Shown here in pieces: positions 48,601 through 59,699 of a stretch of 64,000 nt of DNA (within the stretch, counting starts at the first letter, position 1; every line of letters begins with the position of its first letter). The translations under genes and the position numbers were made by a program. Source of the DNA: Azolla caroliniana. Taxonomy: Eukaryota; Plantae; Polypodiophyta. Below the pieces are notes generated by a model. The model ran no database searches. It was not told the DNA's origin and saw only the letters and a program-made list of their open reading frames with translations. Location of the stretch: positions 14,074,001 to 14,138,000 of the forward strand of contig JBHGNT010000007.1 of the NCBI GenBank assembly GCA_043228905.1, given 5' to 3'.

Positions 48601-50303
48601 ACAAGGAGGGAATCGATTATCATGAGGTATTTTCTCCGGTTGTAAAACATTCCTCCATTAGAATTTTGTTGGCCTTAGTAGTACAGACTCAGTTGAATTT
48701 GGAGCTAGCTCAACTTGATGTGAAGACTGCGTTCTTAAATGGTGATTTGGAGGAAATCTATATGACTCAGCCAGAAGGATACAAGGTTGCTAGTAAAAAA
48801 GATTGGGTTTGTAAACTTAGCAAATCGTTGTACGGACTGAAACAATCTCTGAGAAAGTGGTACAAAACATTTGATAGTTCATGAAGGGACAGAAGTACAG
48901 AAGAAGCAAATACGATCATTGTGTGTATTTGCGTAATCTTCAAGATGGTTCATACATCTACTTACTCTTATATGTTGATGATATGCTTATTGCAACAAAG
49001 AGTCAAGATGAGATTGACAAGTTGAAGGCTCAGATGAGTAAAGAGTTCGACATGAAGGATTTGGAGGAAGCCAAGAAGATTCTTGGCATGGAGATAAATA
49101 GAGACAGAGAGAGAGGCAAACTTTGGCTCTCTCAGAAGTAGTATTTGCAGAGGATACTACAACGTTTTGGTATGTATGATGATACAAAACCTGTAAGTAC
49201 TCCACTTGCTCCTCATTTGAAACTGAGTAGTCGCTTATCTCCCACAACTAATGAAGAGTGAGAATACATGACGAAAGTCCCGTATGCAAATGCGGTTGGA
49301 AGCTTGATGTACACAATGGTGTGTACAAGACCCGATATTTCACATGATGTTAGTATTGTTAGTAGGTATATGCATGATCCAAGCAAGGGTTATTGGCAAG
49401 CTGTGAAATGGATTCTACGGTATCTTCAAAATACCGTGGATATTGGATTGACATTTGAGCAAGACCAATCACTTGGTAAATGCATAGTTGGATATTTTGA
49501 TTTTGATTTTGCAGGTGATTTGGATAAGCGACGATCTACAACTGGCTATTTGTTCACTTTGACAAAGGCGCCAGTTAGTTGGAAGTCTACTTTACAATCA
49601 ATGGCAGCTCTATCTACAACAAAGGCAGATTATATGCCAATCACAAAGGCTGTGAAGGAGGCAATTTGGCTTCATGGGTTGGTTAAGGACTTGAGAGTAG
49701 TTCAGAAACAACTTGAAGTGTATTCTAACAGTCAAAGTGTTATTCATTTAGCAAAGAATCAAGTCTTTCACTCACAGACAAAGCACATTGATGTTCGCTA
49801 TCACTTTGTGCGAGAAATTCTAGAAGAGGAGGAGATACTTCTCCAAAGGATTGATACTAAGGAGAATCTTGTTGGCATGCTGACCAAGGTAGTTACAAGG
49901 GCCAAGTTTGAACATTGTTTAGACTTGGTTAATATCCAACACATTTAAAGTTGGCACCTCACGGCGCAAATTTGAAAGTAGTCTATTTTATTTTGCTTGA
50001 GAAGATTTGTATTTGGAAGGATTAAAGATTGTGCCAAGGTGGAGATTTGTTAGTCTTTGGTATTTTTTATCCCACATAGTTGCGGGAGGTGGTTTGGGAG
50101 CTATAAATGCGATCCTCTTCCTCTTAGTTTGACATCCTCAATTTTGTATCTTCTCTCCCAATCTTAATAGAGTTGCTACTTTGGAGGATGTAGGCTTAAT
50201 TGGCCGAACCTCGGTAATTCTAGTGTTGTTTAATCTTTTCTTCTTACTCTATATATTAGCTTTAATTTTAGTTATATATTGTTATTTCCACGTTTCCACA
50301 ACA
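45625..50303 (+). mobile_element. Near-complete Ty1/copia F (Tork/Tnt1-like) with short LTRs 45625-45882 and 50048-50303
   Basis: TSD GGGTG; PBS TGGTATCAGAGCC 45885-45897; PPT AAGGTGGAG; [51 protein letters not shown]; several stops. Confidence 0.95.
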
Positions 50304-50308
50304 GGGTG

Positions 50309-51378
50309 TGTTATACATTTTAGGGTTAGGGTTAGTGATAATTATGATAGCATGATTATAATCATAGATTGAAGCATGCGTGATATGCGTGGTATTCGAC
50401 ATCCGCAATATTCGTAGTATTCGAGAATATAAAATTGCTCCAAGAATATTATAAAACCATTCGTTTATGGAAAATAAATTTATATAATAAAAATTATTCA
50501 ATTCACTCAAAAAAAAAAGGAAAAATCACCAATTTATAGAAAAATGGAAGGTCTTCAAAATCACACTAACATAAGAAAGAAAAGTTTTAATTAAAGCGAT
50601 TATGAGCCGTTATATTGTAATTTCTAAATTCTAGGTTCTAACTTCTAACTTCTAAGTAATGCTTCGAAATGCTTAAGACTCTATGCACTATCGCAGGAAG
50701 ATGCAGAGGAGGATTGGAGCTTCAATGGGAGCAGGCGAGAGAGAAAGGCAAGAAAACAGAAAGTCTCTGTTCGCTACTCGTCGACTGAATTTTTTCCAAA
50801 AAAAAAATTAGGGGAAAAAAAGGGGGAAAAAAAAGTTAACGAATATTAGAAGAAATATTCGTATACACATTCGTTGGGATTCGTGGGGGAGGCCCCATGA
50901 ATGCGAATATTTCAATCTATGATTATAATGATGGGTGTGATGATGGAGATCAGCATTGTGGAATTGATGATGACAGGATGAGCATTGAGAAGCATTGCGG
51001 GGTGGGGGGTGGTGCCTAGAATGGCTCCACCCCCCTCCCAAGGGGGTTCAACGTGAGAGAGGGAGAGAGAAGAGAAAAGGTGTCAAATAGAGAGAGATTA
51101 GAGAGAAAATGTTCATTCATATTTCATTCATTCCCCATAAGGGGGTTAAATAGTACAAGAGGGGGTAGATACATAGGGGTGTAAGCCCCCTCGAGCATTC
51201 ATACTGGACACTCACTCACACCTCCTCGTATCCATCCACATGCACACACGTGTGCATGTGTTCACATACGTATCTCACAATTACATTTATGCCCCCTACA
51301 CATACACAACAACATCATGATAACATTCGACCCTCGCTCATCACATTTGACTCTCTATACATCTCGTACGGGGTAACA
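50309..51378 (-). mobile_element. Solo LTR, family X copy 2
   Basis: TGTTA...TAACA flanked by GGGTG (50304-50308, 51379-51383); similar to 37761-38255. Confidence 0.85.
50363..50921. mobile_element. hAT-type MITE inside solo LTR X
   Basis: Perfect 11-bp TIRs CATAGATTGAA / TTCAATCTATG; 8-bp TSD ATTATAAT (50355-50362, 50922-50929); subterminal ATTCG motifs. Confidence 0.92.
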
Positions 51379-54300
51379 GGGTGAGCTGATCTTCAACAGT
51401 TGGGTTTGTCAGAAGTTCAGGATGTTCAAGCATTGTCCAATGAGGATGGTAACCAATGTTCGCAAAAATTGGGGAATATCTAGTAGAAGAATGTTCGGAG
51501 TTGTTGTAAGCAAATTCTACCAAATGTAATAGATCAACCCAATCATCGTGTTGATAGTTGACAAAACAACGAAGATATTGTTTGACTCTACCCATTAGTC
51601 TCTAGATGGTAGCCGGAAGAGAGTTTGCAAGAGGTATGTAAGAGTTTGAACATGTGTTGCCAAAATTTTGAGATGAATTGGGGACCCCGATCACTAATAA
51701 TATCATCTAGAAGACCATGATGGCGAAACACCTCCCGCATGAGTAAATCGGTTGTCTCTTGGCCAGTAATGGTCTTCGTGCATGGAAGGAAATGCGCCAT
51801 CTTCGTAAAATGATCTACTACCATGAGAATAGAATCAAAACCCTTGGAAGGTGGAACATACGTAATAAAGTCCACGGAAATAGATTTCCATGGGCTCTCG
51901 GGAATAGGCATTAGTTGTAATAAGCCATATGGATGATGTCGAGGCTTTTTTTATCGGCAACATGTATCACAACTACAAACATAATCCGCAACAAAATGGT
52001 GAAGCCATGGCCACCAATATCGGCAAGAAATCAACTCAAAAGTCTTGTGGATGCCGAAATGTCCAGCCATTGGTGTGTCATAACATTGTTGCACGACTTC
52101 AAGTCGAGAAGGACGGTCAGGCACATACAAGAGAGTTTGTCGAAAAAGTAAACCATGATGCTAGCTAAACTAGGTGTAGTCTAGATGAGGATTATGAGAT
52201 TGGGAGCTGGAAGCACGATCTGGGATAATATGGCTCAAAATCTCTTGGGCGAATGCATCGGTCGCAATATTCTCCCGAATGGAATAAAGAAGCCTTGAAT
52301 ATCCCGGTGTGTTCATAGTATTCATTGCCATTAGTCGTAAACAAGCAGGACCTAAGAGGATTTGCTTTTGACTTTCAAATGCAGCCTCTCCTGGTTGAAG
52401 TTCCATATACGAACGTCAAGATAAAACATCTGCTTTTCGTTGTTGCATCCCAAGGTGATATAGAATTACAAAATTAAAACGAGTTAAGAACTATGCCCAA
52501 CAAGCTTGTCGACAATTCAAGACTTGAGCACTTTGGAAGTATGTTAGATTTTTTTGATCATTGTAGACAATAATCTATTGAGAAGAACCCTCCAAAAAAT
52601 GACGCCATTGTTGAATAAAATCCACAATGGCAAGAAGCTATTTGTCGTGAATCTCATAGTTGATTTCTTTGGCTTCAAATTTCTGTGAATGAAAAGCCAC
52701 AGGGTGCAGTCCGCCATCGTCGTCAATTTAGGATAGTACACTTCCAAGTGCGAAGTCAGATGCATCAACTTCAAGTATAAAGCACCTCATTGGATCGACA
52801 TGCATTAACATTGGTGCAGATGTAAACGCTTGCTTTAAACCCTCAAATGCAGAGTTTGCATCTATACTCCATACAGATGGTTGATTCTTTTGTTTCAATT
52901 GAGTGAGGGGCAATACAAATTTTGAATAATCTTTGATGAACTTGCGATAAAAGTTTACAGACCCCACAAAACATTGTACATCTCACACAAAGTGTGGTGT
53001 TTGCCAATCCAAAATTGTTTGATCCTTTGATGGATCCATAGAGATTCCATTTGAAGAGACAATGTACCCCAAAAATTCCACTTGACACTAGTCGAAACTA
53101 CACTTCTCCAATTTTGCATAGAGACCATACTCTCGCAACCGCTGCAAAACTTGGTGAACGTGTATCTTATGCTTCTCTTGAGTTTTTGAGTAGATCAAGA
53201 TATCATCCAAGTAAACTATGATGAAGATATTGAGAAAGTCCCAAAAAATGTCATTCACCATATGTTGGAAAATTGTTGGTGCATTCGTGAGACTAAATGG
53301 CATCATTGTATACTCAAAATGGCCATAGCGAGTGTGGAAAGCAGTCTTCCATTCCTCCCCAGGACGAATTCAAACAAGGTTGTATGCACCTCGAAGATCT
53401 AACTTCGTGAAATATTTTGCTCCACTAAGGCGTTTCAAAAGGCTTGAGATCAATGGTAGAGCATATCGGTTTCGAATAGTCGCTTTATTTAAGCCCCGAT
53501 AATCCACGACCATACGGATCATGCCATCTTTCTTCTTAACAAAAAAGATGGGTGCACCAGCAAGAGATCTTGAATGTTGGATAAAACCATTTGCCAAGTT
53601 CTCATCGATATATTCTTGAAGAACCTCTAACTCCGTGGGCGAAAGGTTATAAATTGGCCCCCGTGGAGGCTCTTTTCTTGGCTGCAAATCAATTGGGCAA
53701 TCATATGGTCGATGCTCTAGTAGTCTATTAGCCTTCACCTTATCGAACACATCGGAGAATTCTATATACTTCTGTGGTAGTTGGACCCCCAATTCTGGTG
53801 AGCTAGATGAGGGTATTGTTAAAACCGCGAACACAAACATGTCTTCCTTCCATCCATCTTCACGTAACTGACGTATAGAGATTGTTGAAATCGTGTGGGA
53901 TCCCAGATCCTTTGTTGGAGTTTCAAGAGACTCAGATTATACCATGACCTTTTCGATAGTTCTTTTTCTCCAATCAATAGTTGGGTTATGTAACTCAAAC
54001 CAAGGAAGGCCAAGAACTAGGGAGTGTTTTGGACTACTAATGATGTTGAATGAGATGACACTAGCCAAATTACCTAGGACTACACAAATTGGTTCAGACT
54101 CTTCGACTATATCACTTGATGCTATAGGGAGACCATCGATGACTCCTACAGCTACTGGGTTCAAGAGCTTATTCAAGAGGATGTTTGGGTCAATGCAAAC
54201 TCACGATCCATGAAACAAGAATTGGCTCTAAAATCTAGGAGGGTAGAGGCTAGGACTCGATGACATGTAGATGTGCTAAGCTCAACTTGTGCAAAAAAAA

Positions 54301-57300
54301 CTCTACTAACTTGATTTGATGAAATGGAACCACAATTAGGTACTGACTCTACATATCTAGGATGGTCCAACCAAATGGGCCTATTTTGGCTGGACTTATT
54401 CATTTAACACGTCCTCTAATTGGCTCAAGACATCAAATCTATTCTCATGGCATAGGCTTTTAGACTTACTTAGGTTATTAGAAGTGATAGTAGAACTCGA
54501 GGTAGGGTTGTCATGTGCACTTACTTGGTATACTTGACGTTTGGGTTTATGTGGACAATTCACAGTTATATGTCTTGGACCACCACAATATAAGCATAAG
54601 CGGTGCGCTCGACGTCATTGTTTCTTAGCATGTGATAAGGGCCCTCGATGTTGTGTTGACTTTATTTCCATTGGAGTGGGACCATCCCTCATAACGGGTC
54701 TGGGAACTTGTGGCGATATTGCGACTATTGAAGCGTACATCTATTCCGGTTGGCGGCATAACATTTGTTGGCGTTCAGAATGTCACTCAAATAGGTGATT
54801 ATCACATCGCACATCTCGACTAATTGCCTCCGTAAGAGACTTCAGTTCTTCGTGGAAAGTAAGAAGAAGATCTTTAACATCGTTGCGCAAACCCTAACGG
54901 AATTGATCCATTAAGGCTGCCTCATCCCAAGGGATGTCGCATGCCAAGAGACAGAAATCTGCTACGTAAGCTGAAGCGGGATGATCTCCTTGTCGGAGTC
55001 TTCGAATCTTGTTTATTGTCATCCTAATGCTATTGGTGTCTCCAAAACTAGTTTGAAACTTCTTAACGAATGCCTCGAAATCCTCCAACAATGGTGATTT
55101 CTTCTCGAGAAGTGGTGCAAACCATGCTAATGTTGTACCACTTAGCAAGGTTCCTACTAATCCCACACAAGCAGCATCAGTTGGGTACCAATTGGGAAGT
55201 AACCGAATCACCAAACGAACTTGATTCAGGAAACCTCGAAACAAAGATCTTGTACCATCAAACTTGGCAGGGAGGTTAATCTTTGGTTCCCTTGGGGAGT
55301 TTTGAACCCCCTCCGCTTGTTCTCGTAATGTTAATATAGTATCCTCAAGTTGATGAACCCGTTGTGATAACTCCTCATATTGGTGAGCTTTCTCGGTACT
55401 CATGTGTTGTAGATCCCCGAGTAGCCTTTGATTTTCTTGCTCTAATGCCACAAACTTAGTCATGAGCATGTCGAGCTCACAAAGGACACGCATATATTCT
55501 TGCTTGTTGATGGACTCCATAACTAAGAGGGGAAAATAAAGAAGGAAAAAGAAGAAAGCTTGCTAGGGTTATTAGAAGCGGAAAAAGAAATATTCGGTTC
55601 AAACTGTCGTGACGAGAGAGAGAGAGAGAGAGTAGAAAAAATGAAGATAGAAAGTAGAGAGAGACCGAAATCAGATAGGAAATGGAAATGAGTTTATATT
55701 ATGAGAAAACAAGGTTTACAAAGAGTAAGCTTAAGGGCTACAAACTGGTGTTGAACCGAATGAGTTGTGATGAATGTATGGACACCTATTTATAGATCCT
55801 TATGGACTATTCTAGAATGTTCTAGAATATTTTAGATATTTATGATAATAAATATAATCATGAAATATTCTAGAATATTCCAAATATCTTGTAATAACTA
55901 AAACTATAATTATTATAATTAAACATCATATATGTTATTACAATGGTTAAAGGTTCAACATATAGACCAAGAAGTTGTGGGTTCGACTCCTGATAAGCCA
56001 AAATGTATGTTTTCATGACAATAATAATTCCTTCCTAACATCTGCACATCCACAATATTATCAACATCCTATTTCAATACAACTTACAACAATAAACGGA
56101 GATCAGCACGCATTTCCAACAAGTGAATCTCTCGCAAGTTCTGAACCTTATCCTATTCCGATAATAAGAGCTCAACCACATTGTCTGAAATAGGTATTGC
56201 ATCCAGATTAGCTACATTAGAACCCCTATAAACTGGTCGCGACCTTGTGGCATTTGTTCCTGTCTTGAACCGGCAGCAATGTTCATCGACCCAACACCTG
56301 CAACCCCATTACCAAACGAAGTTCTCACCACATCTGATTGCCTGTCATTTCTTTCAATCCTAGACTTTCCTTCAATAGACAATCCCTCTGACGACCTTGA
56401 TGTCATGGTCGAGACATCAACCTTCACAGCTAGAGTTCCTGCAACAACTGCCTATCCACCTGGTGTTGGAGTGGCGAGCAAATCTATAGGTAATCCCGTT
56501 GTATTAGTTACTTGTCTACATGTGGCGGTTGTTCCAACTGTCATAGAGGTTGTCCCAGGGCAACATCTGCAACTAATGAAGGCAAGGATGGATGAGAAGA
56601 GGAAAGTAAGGATGCCCCAGGACCTTAAGTAATACTCTCTTTTTGGGGGTCAGTTCCTCTAATTACCAAAACATTCGCATGTTACTCATGTCCAATGGTT
56701 CAAAAAAAATGTTGGGGTGTCTCTACTCTAGTTTAGAATGATAAAGAGGGCATTGTAATCATGTCTTATGCGTTGATGTTTTAATCATCTCACTAATATC
56801 TTCACATGCTTTAATTGAGGCGCATCGTAATCCATTTTGGAGCCCCTATTGTCAAACCACTGATAAAGTTAGGATTTCATTGTTAACATTAGATATGCAA
56901 TCCCCCTCTTGCTAAGTAGATCAAGTCAATTTTCTTTCATGATCAAATTATGAACTTGAGGTGTATGTTGAGTGAGTAAACTATGTCATCTATGCACACA
57001 TTCTTTCTTCAATTCACATTACAAGCTAAGAATAGTGATAAGTAATCATAAAAATGTACATCATGGATTTAACATGGGAACAAAGAGAGCTTCAAAAGAA
57101 AAAAAGGTATATCATTAGAAATTTTGGAATGGTTAGAGTTTCTATGCTAGAAAGCCTCGTCCCATCCTCAACTATGGAAGTTAGGTGAAGGGTCACTCAT
57201 GGATCAAGATGAATTTTATGTACATATCTATAGAGGATGGGTAGTTTGTTGATAGGGACATTTAAAGAAATGCCTATTGATTCAACAATCCTATCAAGTG

Positions 57301-59004
57301 ATTCATTAAATACTCTTAATGTCATCCACAAAAGAGATTAATGGTTTATTGAATAAAGTCGACAAAAGGTTTTAAGTTTTTGTATTAAAGATTGGTATAC
57401 TAAAAGCCATGGATTTTCAATGCAATTAGACATGTACCAAAGATGTGATATTTCTCATACACTCTTCATCCAACCATGTTTCTAGATGGCATCTCTAAAA
57501 CAAAGTAATATGTTATCAGGCCCAAAGTCAATCCCAAGAGTCTCTCTTATTATGTTGAATTGTTGATAAAAAAAATATCAAATTACCTATTTAATATATT
57601 TCTAGCTTGATGTTAAAATCTAAATTACAAAGCCAAGCTAGCTAAAATCATAGCATTTAGCCTCACCTTCATTCTACATATCTTTTACCTCTAAGCTCTA
57701 GGTAGTTTTTTTTTATTTTGACGTAAGTGATAGATACATTGTTTGATGAAGCAAAAATGTTTTCAATCCTTCAAACTGTAGATGAATTTTATCAACCACA
57801 TGTAATAATAATTCAAGTGAATGGTCTAACTTGCCCAAAAAGTGAGATGATATTATCAATTGTAATAACAATGTAGGGATGGACAATATCCACTTTTGTC
57901 CCCATTGTTAATGTTATTATAGCTTCTCACCTTTTCTCATGGTTCTCCCTTTTTCTATGATGAACTCCAATCATGTTCGACGCTCATTCATGTTTTTTAG
58001 TCTTACACTCATATACTGCAAAAGATAATGAGAAACAAGCATCGTTCATGTTGTCTTAGCTTCTTGTTTTTTTTCCTCTAATGGCTGCTACCTTTGCATG
58101 GTGGGATTCGAATCATTCACATACTAGAATTTTATGGTTCATTTGTACAAATTTTTGAAATGTGAGAGTGATAGAGATAGATTATCTTCCTTTGAAGTTA
58201 AATATACTCCGATGGGACCAAAGCAAACCTTTTGATGCAATAAGCAAGTAGGTGGTAAGTGACACCCCAAACTATTTTGACAATGAGCGTCAATGTTGTG
58301 GATCAAAGAGAACATTGTGGAGGGATAGAGCATGGCTAAAATTGCAAGTGTTGCTAGCATGGTGTTGAATTTGAGTTTATCTACATGCACACACCAACTA
58401 AAAACAGGGATAGTAGAATAAGATATCATACTAAATACTATATGTTTAAGTAATTAGTGGTAATGTTGTGTTAATCATCGACGATGGTGTATTGACCTTG
58501 ACTTGCTTTTGCAAATCAAATAGCTATACCATTTCTACAAAAGGAGGGATACTCATGTTGAGAAAGAAGGGACATGCATATGGCTCTAGAGAGATTAGTT
58601 TCCCTCATGCAAAAGATACATGAAGCTAGTTAGTATAGCAACATAAAACAAAGGGCAAAATCCAAAATATTTCCCTTCATCTAAAATTGATATGTTTTCA
58701 CAATCCTCCAATATAAAATTAGATTTTCCTTGACATTAGTTTACATACACATAAGAACGGAACATTGGGAAGGGGATAAGGTGTCCACAAACAGGAACCA
58801 CTTCTTATTTCTCTAACTCGGGGGCAACTAGGAAATGTTTTTAGATTTGCATCCCCAATGGTGGGATGGAGGTTGAAAGTTTCTCCCGATTCAGTGAACG
58901 AAAAGGTTATGCTATACGCAAGGGGGACCACATGCGTAGGAAAGCAGTGGTATGCCGGCAGAAACTACGCGTTGTAGAGGAAAGGTGCGCAATGATGGTT
59001 AGAT

Positions 59005-59341
59005 ATACATATGTAATGTGTGTGTGTGTGTGTGTGAAATGATGGATGGATCGATGGAAATATGTATGCATGTATGCTTATGTATGTATGTATGTATGTA
59101 TGTATATGTATGTAAAGTGTGGGTATGTATGTATGTATATGTATGTATGTATGTGATGTTTGTTGATAAGTGATGGATGGATGGATGGATGCATGCATGC
59201 ATGTATAATGTATTCTATAAAACCGGGTCTTTAGGAAAATACGTGTGGGAAGTGTGGTATACCGGGTCTTTGGGAATGTGTGTGATAAAAAGTATATGGA
59301 CGAGACTTGACTTGACTTGACTGGACTGGACTGGGGTAGGC

Positions 59342-59374
<33 letters not shown>

Positions 59375-59493
59375 TTGTCTTCCCATTCAATCTTTTGTTA
59401 TCTATCGGTTACAGAAAAGAAACCTTCCATGTAATGGCTGTGTGTGTGTGTTTTGGGAGGAGTTTCTCATCCATATGAAAAAGCACTCTCTCT

Positions 59494-59530
<37 letters not shown>

Positions 59531-59622
59531 ATATCTGTCCCTCTGTCTATCTTGCCTGTGTCTATCTACTAGCTAGTCGCATACTTATTATTACCTATTA
59601 TATATATATATATATATATATA
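59005..59622. repeat. Microsatellite-rich upstream region: (TG)n, (ATGT)n, (GATG)n, (CT)n, (CA)n, (TA)n
   Basis: Directly visible simple repeats upstream of the MAKR-like ORF. Confidence 0.9.
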
Positions 59623-59699
59623 TGTGCATAGGCACAAAGGTATATGTAGCAACGTATACACACACATTCATTCATTCAATCTTTTCTGCCAATCAAACC

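Larger units (their letters stand above)
44618..56020 (-). mobile_element. Full-length decayed Tcn1-like chromovirus; LTRs 55605-56020 (5') and 44618-45047 (3')
   Basis: TSD ATAAT (44613-44617, 56021-56025); gag EPKINLPAKFDG; PR; RT ([20 protein letters not shown]); RH; INT (WKSISVDFIT, SDRGPQF); chromodomain; PPT AAAAGGAGGGA; non-tRNA PBS 55592-55602. Confidence 0.93.
43399..56400 (-). pseudogene. L1-type LINE ORF1 remnant split by the 44618-56020 insertion (pieces 56021-about 56400 and 43399-44617)
   Basis: Joining across the TSD restores VDVQMLGRNYYQLEFELEHMVPFLL; downstream Y*GLPN*CFRCSDFGHLAK zinc knuckle. Confidence 0.7.

Noticed and set aside
56650-58500. Possible decayed hAT transposase
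   Set aside because: Only vague similarity by eye (around 58290-58400); needs tBLASTn or a profile search.
59622-59699. Upstream ATG of the 529-aa ORF as the start codon
   Set aside because: It arises from the end of a (TA)n microsatellite and encodes repeat-derived residues; 59700 has better context.
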